Below are positions 50,669 to 63,600 of a stretch of DNA of 64,000 bases, piece by piece. The notes below the pieces were generated by a model. That model saw only the letters and a list, made by a program, of their open reading frames with translations, did no database searches and was not told the DNA's origin. The DNA comes from an uncultured Chroococcidiopsis sp. GTDB taxonomy: Bacteria > Cyanobacteriota > Cyanobacteriia > Cyanobacteriales > Chroococcidiopsidaceae. Position 1 is the first letter of the stretch, and every line of letters starts with the position of its first letter. A program made the position numbers and the translations under genes. The stretch spans positions 1 through 64,000 of the forward strand of contig CAXTYC010000002.1 of assembly GCA_964248365.1 (NCBI GenBank), written 5' to 3'.

Positions 50669-50895
50669 CGTCTGTCAGTAAAAACTGTAACTGCGCGTTC
50701 TGTTTTTACTTTAGCCGATCTCTTCATCATTAGCTTTTAGCTTTTAGCGATTAGCTCTTAGCTTTTAGCTAGGTAGCAACTGATAGACTAATGAATATCA
50801 AAGACCACCATCTGCAAGGGAACTATGGATCAGTGGTTAGCAGCTAACAGCTAACCGCGCGAGCGCGTTCTCGCAACCGCTAACAGCTTTATCAA

Positions 50896-51213
50896 TTAAA
50901 GTTTTACTTCGATGTCTACACCCGCAGGTAAATCGAGTTTCATCAGAGCATCAATAGTCTTAGAAGAAGGTTGGTAAATATCAATAATTCTGCGGTGAGT
51001 ACGAGTTTCAAAATGTTCTCGTGAATCTTTATCTACGTGAGGCGAGCGCAGCACACAATAAACTCGACGCTTTGTTGGTAAAGGAATTGGACCTATAGCT
51101 GTAGCATTAGTTCGATTTGCTGTATCGACAATTTTCTCGCACGAGGTATCAAGTAAGCGGCGATCAAAAGCCTGTAGACGAATGCGAATTTTTTGCTGTT
51201 GAAGAGTTGCCAT
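50896..51213 (-). CDS. rpsJ: 30S ribosomal protein S10
   Basis: [30 protein letters not shown]. Confidence 0.98.
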   Translation of the reverse strand: MATLQQQKIRIRLQAFDRRLLDTSCEKIVDTANRTNATAIGPIPLPTKRRVYCVLRSPHVDKDSREHFETRTHRRIIDIYQPSSKTIDALMKLDLPAGVDIEVKL

Positions 51214-51279
51214 TTTAAGTTTTCTTGGTTCTGTTTTCTGGGAGGAAAAGCTAACAGCTTTGTAAATAACGAAATTGAA

Positions 51280-51324
51280 GGAGCAGAAAAGTATTCTACC
51301 TGTTCGGCATTACTTTTCTGCTCC
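51280..51324 (-). terminator. Strong stem-loop between tuf and rpsJ
   Basis: GGAGCAGAAAAGTA ... TACTTTTCTGCTCC 14-bp inverted repeat; no long U-tract, so it may be a stability or processing hairpin. Confidence 0.5.
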
Positions 51325-51343
51325 TAATTAGTTGCTGGCAGTT

Positions 51344-52573
51344 TTACTTAACGATTTTAGAAACTACACCAGCACCAATAGTGCGACCGCCTTCACGGAT
51401 AGCGAAACGCATTCCCTGTTCAATCGCAATTGGGTTGATTAGTTCTACGGTCATTTTAACGCGATCGCCTGGCATCACCATTTCAGCTGTGCTACCGTCA
51501 TCAGCGGTAAAAGCTGTAATTGTGCCAGTTACGTCAGTTGTCCGCACGTAGAACTGAGGACGATAGCCAGCAAAAAATGGTGTCTTACGACCGCCTTCTT
51601 TGTCTGTCAGCACGTACACTTCAGATTCAAACTGGGTGTGGGGGGTAATGCTACCAGGCTTAGCCAGCACCATACCACGCTCGATATCTTCTTTCTTTAG
51701 ACCTCGCAGCAGTACGCCGACGTTATCCCCAGCCAAACCTTCATCCAAGGTCTTCTGGAACATTTCTACACCCGTAACTGTAGTGCTACGTGTGCCTCTG
51801 ATCCCCACTAGTTCGACTGTTTCGCCAACTTTGACTTTGCCGCGCTCAATTCTACCAGTGGCTACTGTACCACGACCGGAAATTGAGAACACGTCTTCTA
51901 CCGCCATCAAGAAGGGCTTGTCAATATCTCGCTCTGGTGTTGGAATGTAGGAATCTACCGCATCCATCAAGTCGTAGATCTTATCGACCCACTCATTGTC
52001 ACCCCGCTTGGTTCCTGGGTTAGCGATCATTGTTTCCAAAGCTTGCAGTGCACTGCCTGCAACAATGGGAATATCGTCCCCTGGGAAGTCATAAGAACTC
52101 AACAGTTCACGTACTTCCAGTTCCACCAGTTCCAGCAGTTCTTCGTCATCCACCATGTCTTTCTTATTCAGGAAGACAACGATGTTGGGAACGCCCACTT
52201 GCTTAGCTAATAGAATATGCTCCCGTGTTTGGGGCATTGGACCATCCGCAGCAGATACCACCAGGATTGCACCATCCATCTGGGCTGCTCCGGTGATCAT
52301 GTTTTTTACATAGTCTGCGTGTCCTGGGCAGTCTACGTGGGCATAGTGCCTGTTTTCTGTTTGATACTCTACGTGAGCAGTATTGATAGTGATGCCCCGC
52401 GCCTTTTCTTCAGGTGCAGCATCGATTTCGTCGTATTTTTTAGCCTTCGCCTGACCCAAAGCAGCTAGGGTCATGGTAATTGCTGCCGTTAGAGTGGTTT
52501 TGCCGTGATCAACGTGACCAATCGTACCAATGTTGACGTGGGGTTTATTCCTTTCAAACTTTGCGCGTGCCAT
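51344..52573 (-). CDS. tuf: Elongation factor Tu
   Basis: [34 protein letters not shown]. Confidence 0.99.
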   Translation of the reverse strand: MARAKFERNKPHVNIGTIGHVDHGKTTLTAAITMTLAALGQAKAKKYDEIDAAPEEKARGITINTAHVEYQTENRHYAHVDCPGHADYVKNMITGAAQMDGAILVVSAADGPMPQTREHILLAKQVGVPNIVVFLNKKDMVDDEELLELVELEVRELLSSYDFPGDDIPIVAGSALQALETMIANPGTKRGDNEWVDKIYDLMDAVDSYIPTPERDIDKPFLMAVEDVFSISGRGTVATGRIERGKVKVGETVELVGIRGTRSTTVTGVEMFQKTLDEGLAGDNVGVLLRGLKKEDIERGMVLAKPGSITPHTQFESEVYVLTDKEGGRKTPFFAGYRPQFYVRTTDVTGTITAFTADDGSTAEMVMPGDRVKMTVELINPIAIEQGMRFAIREGGRTIGAGVVSKIVK

Positions 52574-52692
52574 GAGAGTAGTTTTGCGTTTTGAGTTTTA
52601 ACTTTAGTTAAGAAGAGTTTTGAGCAAAGTAACAAGGATTTCGTGTTTAATTATTTCCCACTCACCCCTCGCCCCTGCTCATTGCTCCTCTC

Positions 52693-54768
52693 TTAGGCGT
52701 TCCCTTTGCTCTTAGCAATGATTGCCTCAGCCACGTTGCGAGGCACTTCATCGTAGTGGCTAAACTCCATCGAGAAGATGCCCCTGCCTTGGGTTTTAGA
52801 GCGGATATCCGTAGCATAGCCAAACATTTCTGCCAATGGAACTTTAGCAGTTACTTTGGCGATGCCTTGTTCAGATCCCATCCCTTCAATTTGACCACGA
52901 CGAGAATTAAGGTCTCCCATTACATCCCCAAGGAAGTTTTCGGGAACTTCAACCTCAACTTTCATCATAGGCTCTAATAGGACAGGATTCGCTTTCATCA
53001 CTGCTTCCTTAATCGCCATTGAGCCAGCAATCTTGAACGCCATTTCCGAGGAATCTACGTCGTGGTAGGAACCATCAACCAGGGTTGCTTTGATATCAAT
53101 CACCGGATATCCAGCTAAAATACCGGATTCAGTGGTTTCCTTCATTCCCTGTTCGGCAGGTCCGATGTACTCTTTGGGTACTACACCGCCGACAATCTTG
53201 GAGACGAATTCAAAGCCGCTACCTGGATCTCCTGGTGCTAACTCAATGACTACGTGACCGTACTGACCTTTACCACCACTTTGGCGGATAAACTTACCTT
53301 CTGCTCTGACAGCCTTACGAATTGTTTCTCGGTAAGCTACTTGTGGTGCGCCCACGTTAGCTTCTACCTTAAACTCTCTTAGCATTCGGTCTACCAGAAT
53401 TTCCAGGTGTAGCTCACCCATTCCAGCAATTACGGTTTGGTTGGTTTCTGGGTCAACGTTTACTCGGAATGTAGGATCTTCCTCAGACAGTGCTTGCAGC
53501 GCCTTGGACAGTTTATCCATGTCCTGCTTGGTTTTAGGCTCTACTGCTACTGAGATAACTGGCTCTGGAATGAACAGAGATTCTAGGATCACTGGTGCAT
53601 TTTCGTCACACAGTGTATCTCCTGTAAAGGTGTCTTTCAGTCCTAAAGCTGCTCCTAAGCTGCCTGCACGTAGTTCATCTACTTCAATGCGATCATTAGC
53701 TTTTAGAACAACCAAGCGGGAAATCCGTTCTTTTTTGCCTTTAGCTGAGTTGAGAACATAGCTACCTTGCTTCAGGACACCCGAATAAACCCGAACAAAG
53801 GTGAGGCGACCATATTTATCAGACATGATCTTAAACGCCAGAGCGGATAATGGCTCTTCGTCGTCTGCATGGCGCTCAACTACATCACCGTTGGGCAGTG
53901 TACCTTGAATTGCTGGCACATCAATCGGCGCAGGTAGGTAATCTACGACAGCATCGAGTAACAGTTGCACACCTTTATTTTTGAAGGCAGAACCGCACAA
54001 AACGGGAATAATTGTCCCAGCAATCGTCCCTTGACGCAGCCCTTTACGAATTTCAGCTTCGGTAAGTTCTTCGCCTTCGAGATATTTTTCAATTAGGGCT
54101 TCATCTGTCTCTGCTACCGCTTCAACTAGCTGCGCACGATATTCGTCTGCCTGAGCCTGCATTTCTGCTGGAATCTCGGTTTCCTGAATATCAGTTCCTT
54201 GATCATTGGTGTAGATGAAGGCGCGCATCCTTACCAAGTCAATAATTCCTCGTAGCTCATTCTCGCTACCAATCGGCAGTTGAATTGCTACTGCGTTTGC
54301 CCTCAAGCGATCGCGTATTTGGTTAAATACTTTGAAGAAATCTGCTCCAGTGCGATCCATCTTATTTATAAAGACAATTCGCGGCACTTTATATCGATCT
54401 GCTTGCCGCCAAACTGTCTCTGTCTGTGGCTGTACACCGCCAACAGAACATAAAACGGTAATCACACCGTCTAATACTCGCATCGAGCGTTCTACTTCAA
54501 TCGTGAAGTCAACGTGACCTGGTGTATCGATAATGTTGACTGCATGATCTTTCCAACTGGTGCTAATAGCAGCAGCTGTAATCGTAATGCCTCTTTCACG
54601 CTCTTGCTCCATCCAGTCGGTCGTTGCCGTTCCTTCGTGGACTTCACCAGTTCTGTGAACGATGCCTGAGTAAAACAAAATGCGTTCGGTTGTCGTTGTT
54701 TTGCCCGCATCAATATGAGCCGCAATTCCGATATTGCGTACTTTTTCAAGCGGAACGGTACGTGCCAC
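52693..54768 (-). CDS. fusA: Elongation factor G
   Basis: [39 protein letters not shown]. Confidence 0.99.
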   Translation of the reverse strand: MARTVPLEKVRNIGIAAHIDAGKTTTTERILFYSGIVHRTGEVHEGTATTDWMEQERERGITITAAAISTSWKDHAVNIIDTPGHVDFTIEVERSMRVLDGVITVLCSVGGVQPQTETVWRQADRYKVPRIVFINKMDRTGADFFKVFNQIRDRLRANAVAIQLPIGSENELRGIIDLVRMRAFIYTNDQGTDIQETEIPAEMQAQADEYRAQLVEAVAETDEALIEKYLEGEELTEAEIRKGLRQGTIAGTIIPVLCGSAFKNKGVQLLLDAVVDYLPAPIDVPAIQGTLPNGDVVERHADDEEPLSALAFKIMSDKYGRLTFVRVYSGVLKQGSYVLNSAKGKKERISRLVVLKANDRIEVDELRAGSLGAALGLKDTFTGDTLCDENAPVILESLFIPEPVISVAVEPKTKQDMDKLSKALQALSEEDPTFRVNVDPETNQTVIAGMGELHLEILVDRMLREFKVEANVGAPQVAYRETIRKAVRAEGKFIRQSGGKGQYGHVVIELAPGDPGSGFEFVSKIVGGVVPKEYIGPAEQGMKETTESGILAGYPVIDIKATLVDGSYHDVDSSEMAFKIAGSMAIKEAVMKANPVLLEPMMKVEVEVPENFLGDVMGDLNSRRGQIEGMGSEQGIAKVTAKVPLAEMFGYATDIRSKTQGRGIFSMEFSHYDEVPRNVAEAIIAKSKGNA

Positions 54769-54914
54769 AGCTACCTCCTTGAGTCTTTGCCGCAGGTCTT
54801 TCTATGTTACTATCTGTTAAGATTCTATACTTTACGGTAAACCGTCCTAAAGATTTATGGACATCACTTTTTACCTGCCCTAGGGCAGTTTTTTTTTATC
54901 TGCCCTTAATTAGT

Positions 54915-55385
54915 TTAGTACCGATAGTGAGCAAAGGCTTTGTTTGCTTCAGCCATCCGGTGGGTTTCTTCGCGTTTGCGAATTGCATTTCCAGTTTCGT
55001 TGGCTGCATCCATAATTTCATTTGCCAACTTCAACGCCATAGTGCGACCTGAGCGTTGTCTAGAAAACTGGATCAGCCAACGCAGTGCAAGAGCTGTACC
55101 ACGCTCGGATCTTACTTCCATCGGGACTTGGTAGGTTGCTCCTCCTACCCTACGGGCTTTCACTTCTACCAAAGGCGTAGCATTACGCACTGCTCTTTCA
55201 AAGGTTTCGAGCGGATCTGAGCCTGTCCGCTCTTCTATTGTTTTCATGGCATCATACATAATCCCCGTAGCGATTGATTTCTTACCACTGTGCATTACCC
55301 GTCGCACCATCATGCTAATGAGGCGACTGTTATACACGGAGTCGGCGGGAACAGGGCGCTTTTGAGCTACAGTACGACGAGACAT
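54915..55385 (-). CDS. rpsG: 30S ribosomal protein S7
   Basis: [26 protein letters not shown]. Confidence 0.99.
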   Translation of the reverse strand: MSRRTVAQKRPVPADSVYNSRLISMMVRRVMHSGKKSIATGIMYDAMKTIEERTGSDPLETFERAVRNATPLVEVKARRVGGATYQVPMEVRSERGTALALRWLIQFSRQRSGRTMALKLANEIMDAANETGNAIRKREETHRMAEANKAFAHYRY

Positions 55386-55850
55386 AAGTGAGCCTTCAAA
55401 TTAATTGGCAACAATTGAACTAAATCGGATGAGATAATGATTTCTTTGCTTAAAACGCCAAAGTAACTTCCACAATTGGCAATTCAAAAGCGTGGAAGCG
55501 CGAAATTGAAAGTGATACAAGTCCTGCGCCCCGTTAGGTCGAACATAAAAATGCCTTGCATTTTTATCGCAGCCCCTGCCTTGGGCGTAAAGTGATAATT
55601 TGAATGTCGAATTTCGCGCTTCCTTGTTTGAGTTGACTGGCTTAGCTGTTAGACAAGCCTACAAAACCTAGCATAATGCACAAAACTGTAATGCCAAAGG
55701 GCTGACATTCGAAAGCAATGTCTATTATTTTTGCCCTTTGGTCTAATTTGTCAGTTGTACCACACAGTCAGTTTCAATCAGCATAAACTTCATCGGTGCT
55801 GTCTTGGGCTAACAGCACTGTTTTTATCTGTTTAAGGAAGGGGCTTATGC

Positions 55851-56222
55851 TTACTTTGGTCTTTTTGTTCCATACTTCGAGCGACCTTGGCGACGGTCTT
55901 TGACTCCGGCGGTATCCAAGGTTCCACGAATAATGTGATATCTCACTCCTGGTAAGTCTTTAACCCGCCCACCGCGAATCATGACTACTGAGTGTTCTTG
56001 TAAGTTGTGACCGATACCTGGAATGTAAGCTGTTACTTCAAAACCAGAGGTCAGACGTACCCTGGCGACTTTCCGCAAGGCTGAGTTGGGTTTTTTTGGT
56101 GTGGTTGTATACACTCTGGTGCAAACGCCCCGTCGTTGTGGACATTGCTTCAGAGCTGGCGACTTGGTTTTCTTACTAGCTATCTGACGTTCGTTGCGAA
56201 TAAGCTGCTGTATGGTTGGCAT
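55851..56222 (-). CDS. rpsL: 30S ribosomal protein S12
   Basis: [22 protein letters not shown]. Confidence 0.99.
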   Translation of the reverse strand: MPTIQQLIRNERQIASKKTKSPALKQCPQRRGVCTRVYTTTPKKPNSALRKVARVRLTSGFEVTAYIPGIGHNLQEHSVVMIRGGRVKDLPGVRYHIIRGTLDTAGVKDRRQGRSKYGTKRPK

Positions 56223-56269
56223 GAGTTACAGCACGTAATTTTTTGCTGCTTTAATTTTAACGATCTATG

Positions 56270-56299
56270 ATTATATCGATTTTGTTGATTTTATGTCAA
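56270..56299 (-). promoter_or_regulatory. Consensus sigma70-type promoter of the rpsL operon
   Basis: Minus strand TTGACA (56299-56294) - 18 nt - TATAAT (56275-56270). Confidence 0.8.
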
Positions 56300-56458
56300 A
56301 CTACCAAATTATTTAATCTTGACTAAAAAAGGGAAAGGGGGAAAGGTGGTAAGCACTCATCTTCGCTTCGTTGGTAGCTTCATACTTTCATTTTTAAAGA
56401 ATTAGTTTAGCAACAGATCACCCCTACCTTTTCCCTTTCCCCTTTTCCCTTTTCCCTT

Positions 56459-56788
56459 TCATTGGCTGATAGAGAAAGAATTGCCACAGCCACAAAGGGC
56501 GATCGCTCTGGGATTGTGAAAGCGAAAACCACCGCCCATCAAATCCTCGGAGTAGTCTACTGTCATATCTTTAACATAATTCAAACTTTCGGCATCTACT
56601 ACTAAGGCAATACCAGTAGATTTAAAAATTTGATCGCCAGTCCTTAATACTTTATCAAACCCCATATCGTAGAACAAGCCAGAGCAGCCCCCAGTTTGAA
56701 CCTGTAAACGAAAAAAAACCTCTGGGTTATTCTGCTTTGACATCAGACGTTGAATTTCTTTAGCAGCAGATTGACTAAGATAAATCAT
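56459..56788 (-). CDS. HesB/IscA family Fe-S cluster assembly protein
   Basis: GGCSG, GGFRFHNP, CGCGNSF. Confidence 0.92.
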   Translation of the reverse strand: MIYLSQSAAKEIQRLMSKQNNPEVFFRLQVQTGGCSGLFYDMGFDKVLRTGDQIFKSTGIALVVDAESLNYVKDMTVDYSEDLMGGGFRFHNPRAIALCGCGNSFSISQ

Positions 56789-56935
56789 CGGTATATTTGT
56801 GAAGACAGAAGAAAGGACACAGAAGACAGGAGCCAGAAGTCAGAAGCCAGAAGTCGAAATTCGGAATTCTCCCCCTCTCCCCTGATTCCCTCTCTCCCTC
56901 TCTCCCTAGCCCCTAGCCCCTGCGCCAGCGCCCCT

Positions 56936-57352
56936 CTATTTAGTGCGAGAGTAGTCGTCTTGAAATCTTACAATGTCATCTTCGCCTAAATATTCACCAT
57001 TTTGCACTTCAATCAAAACTAGGGGAATTACACCAGGGTTTTCCAGGCGATGACTTGTACACTGTGGTACATAAGTAGATTGATTGTTACTGAGCATGAT
57101 TTCTTGATCACCGCAAACAACCTTGGCTGTACCAGAGACAACAATCCAGTGTTCACTGCGATGGTGATGCATTTGCAAGCTAAGGCGATGTCCAGGCTTG
57201 ACTTCAATTCGCTTAATTTTATATCCTCGCCCTTCTTCTAGGATAGTAAAGGAACCCCAAGGTCTTAGCTCTGTAGCAGCAACACCTTTAGAAGCAACAT
57301 TTGCTGGTATAGATAGAGTCGGTGCTGGGGAAGTTTCTTGAACCTTAGCCAT
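56936..57352 (-). CDS. Mannose-6-phosphate isomerase type II C-terminal cupin protein
   Basis: RPWG, LSLQMHHHRSEHWIVVSG, HRLENPG, IEVQNGEYLGEDDIVR. Confidence 0.9.
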   Translation of the reverse strand: MAKVQETSPAPTLSIPANVASKGVAATELRPWGSFTILEEGRGYKIKRIEVKPGHRLSLQMHHHRSEHWIVVSGTAKVVCGDQEIMLSNNQSTYVPQCTSHRLENPGVIPLVLIEVQNGEYLGEDDIVRFQDDYSRTK

Positions 57353-57615
57353 GATTTTTTACTCCAGAAAACTGCTATTTGTGGTAAAAGATTGTGAAAT
57401 ATTGACGAAGAATACAGTTGCGGTACTAACCCAAAAAATAACTAAGCTAATGTAGCCATAGCCAAAGATAGCAAACTCTTACTGATGAGTGTCATTAGTA
57501 AACGGGCTTTTGCCATACGTTACATCAAGTCTTCATGAGTGATGAGTCAGCTTTAAGAAAACTTTAACTAAGTGGTTGTACGTATAGTGTTTTTACTGAT
57601 GTGTGAAGCGATGCT

Positions 57616-59700
57616 TTAACGAGGCTGTAGGAAAATACCAAGACCATTGTGGACACGAGCAGCAGTTAGGGGCGAGCGATCAAGCAGTTGACCACCTAGG
57701 TAAAGACTCGTAGAACTACCACCATCCAAGTTTAAAGCATCCACACACCCCAGTTGCTGCATAATTTTTGCAGTTTCCGCCAAAGTGGGTCCCGCTCCAC
57801 CAGCACGGTTATGAACAGCAGCAATGACTAAGTTACCTGTTGCAATTGTGCCAATAGCGCTACGAATAGCTGTCTGGTGAATGAAAGCATCGCTGAACCC
57901 TTCAGCTTTGGCATTGAGGACAATTTGCCGATTTTGAACTAGAACTGGTCCTGCGCCTAATATTTGTGGGTAATGGGCAAAGTCTGCTGGGATGGTAGCG
58001 CTTTCTTGGCGGATGAGTGTACCAACTGGTAGGAAATTAGCGGTATTGGTAGCGCGTAAGGCTAGTAAGTAACCGTTGAGTGGAATTGGAAAGGCAGTTT
58101 TACCCGCGACACCTCCAGGTAGTTGAGCAGTGACAGAGTTATTTTGGACGACTACAATAACTTCATTGTCGATTAGGGGAGTATAGGTAGATCCCCAGTC
58201 GGCAGAGTAGAGAGCAATGCCAGAAGAGACATAACCACTGTTGAATGTTACAACGGGTAAACGCTGTCCGCTTGAGGTAATTAAGTTTTCCTGCATCGCC
58301 AGATGACCGATTTTTATTTGTCCAGAATTATTCAACGCGATCGCTCCTCGGTTGAGAATTGGACTGGACAACCAGCGACCATTTCGTCGAATTGCTCCCA
58401 GAGGTAATTTATTTTTCCGATTAAAAAATCCCCCATTAATTGCAGCAGCAGCCCAATAATACTGAGCAGTTTTGAGAATAGGAGCGATACCTACCAGAGT
58501 ATTGGTTTGACTCGAAATCGGTTTGAGTGTTAATCCGACAGTACGCGGGTTAATTTCTAGCCAAACGACGGGAAAGCGAGAATTGCCCAAATTGATATAC
58601 TGTTGTCGCCAGCGCAAGCCCTCAGCCCAAAGAATATCACGTTCTACCATCGCGTCTGGTCGCAAATCAATTACTATCCGATTGGGGAAGGCTAGGGTGC
58701 TAATACGAGGAGATATACCAACAGGTAAGCCCAGGCGGATAGTGGTAAGGTTGGGATCGGCTTTCAGTTCTAGGCTGGAGATGGATGAGCTTGGGGTAGT
58801 ACCCATTGCTACCTTGTCAGCTATGGCATCAATTGTAACTAGCCATTCTTGCTGGCGGGGTGGGAATTTGTTTAGAATGCCTTGGGGTGTCAACTTGGTA
58901 GCATTGGGGTCGTCTAGAAGTTCGACATGGGGAGTTTTTGGTTTAGCTGCTGGCTTTTGTCTAGTGAGTTGCCACGCAGTTGGGCGGTCTAAGTCTACTA
59001 CAATGCGATCGCCTTCTTTTTGCTTTCCTTGACGAATTCCTCTCACTCTAGCCGCTGGTAACGTAATTTGCAGGGTGTCACCATCAGCTTGCATTTGCCA
59101 AAGCGCCATACTCGCTAGCTGTGTAATATTCAAATAGCGATACATTCCACTGTGCCAGCTATCTAGGACAAGCGGCGAGGGGAATGCCCCAGAAAACCAC
59201 CAGATTGGCTGTTTTTCCGCGTCACTTGTGTTTAGCAACTCCACTCCAAGTAGTTGCATTAATCCCGCGTCACTAATCGCTGTGCTAAGCTTACCTGTGT
59301 TTTTATTCAAATTCCATTGATGCCAAGGGGCAGGAAAAGTTCGACCATTTAAAGAAATTTGCTTGCCAGAATAGATGAACTGTGGTATATGGGTGCGAAG
59401 GTTAGGAGCAGAATTATTTGGTTTAATCAGTGGTTTTGTAGGTATCGTTTGGGGCGGCTGGGCGATGCTAGCACTTACCGATACTAACCATAATGAAGTT
59501 GTCAGGAGGGATAAGATAATTGGGGCAGGCAAAAAGAGTAAACTTGTTGTGAAATATATTTTTTGTCTGGGCAGCAGGGGAGCTTTATGATCTGGGAAGC
59601 ACTTAAAAAATCCTCTCCTGTGGCCCTTGCCCCTCTGCCCATCTGCCCCTCTGCCCCTCTGCGGTCTAAACTGACAAAATATAAAGCGTTTCTGGCTCAT
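57616..59700 (-). CDS. Phosphodiester glycosidase (NAGPA-like) family protein
   Basis: AAINGGFF, GAGP, RSAIG, ALNLDGGSST; start uncertain. Confidence 0.88.
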   Translation of the reverse strand: MSQKRFIFCQFRPQRGRGADGQRGKGHRRGFFKCFPDHKAPLLPRQKIYFTTSLLFLPAPIILSLLTTSLWLVSVSASIAQPPQTIPTKPLIKPNNSAPNLRTHIPQFIYSGKQISLNGRTFPAPWHQWNLNKNTGKLSTAISDAGLMQLLGVELLNTSDAEKQPIWWFSGAFPSPLVLDSWHSGMYRYLNITQLASMALWQMQADGDTLQITLPAARVRGIRQGKQKEGDRIVVDLDRPTAWQLTRQKPAAKPKTPHVELLDDPNATKLTPQGILNKFPPRQQEWLVTIDAIADKVAMGTTPSSSISSLELKADPNLTTIRLGLPVGISPRISTLAFPNRIVIDLRPDAMVERDILWAEGLRWRQQYINLGNSRFPVVWLEINPRTVGLTLKPISSQTNTLVGIAPILKTAQYYWAAAAINGGFFNRKNKLPLGAIRRNGRWLSSPILNRGAIALNNSGQIKIGHLAMQENLITSSGQRLPVVTFNSGYVSSGIALYSADWGSTYTPLIDNEVIVVVQNNSVTAQLPGGVAGKTAFPIPLNGYLLALRATNTANFLPVGTLIRQESATIPADFAHYPQILGAGPVLVQNRQIVLNAKAEGFSDAFIHQTAIRSAIGTIATGNLVIAAVHNRAGGAGPTLAETAKIMQQLGCVDALNLDGGSSTSLYLGGQLLDRSPLTAARVHNGLGIFLQPR

Positions 59701-60012
59701 TGTTAAAAGCAAGTCTAAAAAGATTAAGTCCCTTTGGGCAAGATCGACTGTACCATAAGGAACTTTTCGGCAAAAATTAAGAAGTAATGACTTTTATTTG
59801 GGTTGTTAACGTCATAATGGTATAAGTGGCAGGAGAGCGCTTGTTGCTAACACTTGCAAGCAGCGTTAAGCCTTGCCCAGTAATTTAGACATAAGTAAAA
59901 TAAAAAACTCGGCTAACACTCAATAGGGGTACTAGGAGTGTCGGTGAAAGGGTAAAGGGACTCGGGACTGGGTTAATTTCCCCCAGATCCCCCAGCAACG
60001 CCTGCTTCCCCT

Positions 60013-60072
60013 CTCCCTCTCTTACCTAGTTCTGAGCGGAGGAAACCTCCGCGCTTGTCTTCGCGCTACTCC
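60013..60072. repeat. 60-bp small dispersed repeat, copy 2
   Basis: Matches 4260-4319; perfect GCGGAGG-AAA-CCTCCGC hairpin. Confidence 0.8.
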
Positions 60073-60614
60073 CGAATCCCTGCTATGCCGGAGTTGGTGA
60101 TTGTCAAAACAGGGTGTTTCATAATAGCCTTACTTTGGTGCTGATTGCGTACATACCAAAAGTGGCAAAAGCTGGGGAAGCGTCATTATCATCCCTTGAC
60201 TTGTGAAGCGACCAGAGTTTAAGCAAGCGTCAATAGTCTGGGTGGCACTTCCAATAGTTATGTATAAATATAAGCCTTGAAAGAAAAGTTAGGTGTGCAA
60301 GAAAGCACATCATAATATGAGTAAATATCTGTAAATGCAAAAATTACAAATAGGGGCAGCAAAGAGCTTGAGAAACGAGTTAGGGGGAAAATTGACGAAG
60401 ACAGGGAGGCAGAAAAATCTGACTCATCCTAGCACTGTCATTCGTGGCTATTTCAGCATTGAATCGCATCCGCGTAAAGCTAAAGAAGTTTGAATAATTT
60501 TTTCTTTTTGGTAGTGCAGCTGTCTGTAATTTTTTAACCGCTGTCTACAAAATTAAGCACACGTTATATATTTCCAAAATTTTGTCAGCACAAGCGCTCT
60601 TGTAGGATCAGCCT

Positions 60615-63600
60615 ATGGATAACAAACTCATGAATCAAAATCAACAATCAAATCTGTCCCAGCAAAGCTTAAATGAAAATACTGAGTCATTAAGAACTTA
60701 TGCGGGTCCACGATGGTTAGTAGAGGAAAGGGATGCTTGTGGTGTTGGTTTTATTGCTAACCGCGAGAACCTGGCAAGCCATGAACTGGTTTTGACAGCT
60801 TTGTCTGCTTTAACTTGTCTAGAACACCGAGGCGGTTGTAGTGCTGACTCTGATTCTGGTGATGGAGCTGGTGTTTTAACGGCAATTCCTTGGGAATTAT
60901 TACAACAGTCGTTGAACTGGCAGGGCATAGAAATACCGCCGCAAGAAAATTGTGCTGTGGCGATGGTTTTTTTACCCCAAGAGCCAGAAGTGGCACAATC
61001 CGGTCGTAAACTAATCGAGCAAGTTGTAGCCCAGGCTGGGCTTTCTGTAATCGGTTGGCGAGTAGTTCCAGTACAATCGCAGTTACTTGGTATCCAGGCA
61101 CGAGAGAACCAACCGCAAATCGAACAGGTAATTGTTAGCTCACAGGACAAAACCGGAGATGATTTAGAGCGGCAATTGTATATAGTTCGTCGTAGCATAC
61201 ATAGAGCAGCGGGGAAACAAAGCGATCGCTTTAAAATTGAAAATTTCTACATCTGCTCTTTCTCTAGTCGCACAATTGTTTACAAAGGCATGGTGCGAAG
61301 TGCTGTGTTGGGAGAATTTTATACAGACTTAAAAAATCCAGCTTACAAGAGTGCTTTTGCTGTTTACCATCGCCGCTTTAGCACTAACACTATGCCCAAG
61401 TGGCCCCTGGCTCAACCAATGCGTCTTTTGGGTCATAACGGTGAAATTAATACCCTGCTGGGTAACATCAATTGGATGATGGCGCGAGAGGCAGATTTAA
61501 AGCATCCGGTGTGGGAAAACCAATTAGATGCGCTCAAGCCGACTGTCAAAATTGATAACAGCGACTCAGCAACTTTAGACAACGTGTTTGAATTACTGGT
61601 ACACTCTGGTAGAAGCCCACTGGAAGCCTTAATGATTATGGTTCCAGAAGCTTACCAGAATCAGCCAGACTTAGACAAATATCCTGAAATTGTTGACTTT
61701 TACGAATACTACAGCGGTATTCAAGAGCCTTGGGATGGACCTGCACTGCTGGTATTTGGCGACGGTAAAAAAGTCGGCGCAACACTTGACCGCAACGGCT
61801 TGCGACCTGCTCGTTACAGCATTACTAAGAGCGGCTTGATCGTTGTAGCATCCGAGGCTGGTGTTGTAGATCTACCAGAAGCTGACATTATAGAGAAAGG
61901 TCGCTTGGGACCTGGGCAAATGATCGCCGTAGATTTAGAAACCCAAGAGGTACTGAAAAATTGGGAAATTAAGCAGCGGATTGCGAAGCTGCAACCATAC
62001 GGTCAGTGGCTGAAGCAATACCGAGTCGAATTAAAAGTTAAGAATGAAGAACAGAAGCGGGAATTAGTCGTAGGGAGTATGGATAACCAAGGAGGAGCTA
62101 GCCCAACTACTCCTCTACCCGAACCCTTAGCCCCCAAAACTTCTCTACTACGCCAGCAAATTGCTTTTGGCTACACCACAGAAGATGTGGAAATGGTGAT
62201 TCAGCCAATGGCAAGCGAGGGGAAAGAGCCAACTTTCTGTATGGGAGATGATATTCCCCTAGCGGTATTGTCGGAAAGACCCCACTTACTGTATGACTAC
62301 TTCAAGCAACGCTTTGCTCAGGTGACAAACCCAGCGATTGACCCCTTGCGGGAAAGCTTGGTGATGTCGTTAAAGATGGAACTGGGTGAAAGAGGAAATA
62401 TATTAGAGGCAAAGCCAGAATATGCAAGAAGGCTAAAGCTAAATTCACCCATTTTGACCGAGCCAGAGTTGGAAGCTATCAAGCAATCAGGGTTTGAATG
62501 CGCTTGTTTGTCAACGCTGTTTGAAATTGCAGCAGGTCCTCAAGGTCTAGAAGCAGCAGTGCGCTCTTTACAATCAGCAGCGGTTGAGGCTGTACGGGCT
62601 GGGAAAAAAATTCTGATTTTGAGCGATCGCACTTCTCACGATGTCGGTACCCAATACACATACATTCCGCCACTTTTAGCCGTAGGTGCAGTACACCACC
62701 ACTTGATCCGCGAAGGATTGCGGTTGAAAGCATCTTTGGTTGTAGATACAGCCCAATGCTGGAGTACACATCATTTTGGTTGTCTAATCGGTTATGGAGC
62801 AAGTTCGGTTTGTCCATATCTGACTTTGGCAACCGTAGAAAGTTGGTGGTCTGATCCCAAAACGCAACAATTTATGGAGCGGGGGAAAATCCCAGCAATT
62901 ACCTGGGAAAAGGCAAGAGAAAACTACCGTAAGGCAGTAGAAGGAGGATTATTAAAAATCCTGTCTAAGATGGGTATTTCCTTGCTTTCTAGCTACCAGG
63001 GAGCGCAAATTTTTGAAGCGATCGGTATTGGTCGAGATTTGTTGGATTTGGGCTTTTATGGCACAACCTCTCGGCTGGGTGGTTTAAGTGTCAGCGAACT
63101 TGCTCAAGAGGTGTTATCGTTCCATCAACGCGCCTTCCCAGAACTAACAATTAAGAAGCTAGAAAACTTCGGCTTTGTCCAGTATCGTCCAGGTGGCGAG
63201 TACCACATGAACAGCCCCGAACTAGCAAAGGCGTTGCATAAGGCTGTAGCAGATCCACAAAACTACAATCACTACGAAGTTTACAAGCAGCAACTGGAGA
63301 ATCGACCAGTAACTGCATTGCGTGACTTGTTGGATTTCCAATCAGATCGTTCTCCCATTCCATTAGAAGAAGTGGAGTCGGTAGCAGAAATTGTCAAACG
63401 CTTCTGTACGGGTGGGATGTCATTGGGGGCGCTATCGCGGGAAGCTCACGAAGTATTAGCGATCGCCATGAATCGACTTGGCGGTAAATCTAACTCCGGT
63501 GAAGGCGGAGAAGATCCAGTTCGCTACAAAGTTCTAGACGATGTGGATCAGTCGGGACATTCCCCACTACTACCCCATCTAAAAGGATTGCGCAATCGTG

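Noticed and set aside
60698..63363. Minus-strand ORFs listed in the track over 60.7-63.4 kb
   Set aside because: Antisense to glsF, which the track omits because its stop codon lies outside the window
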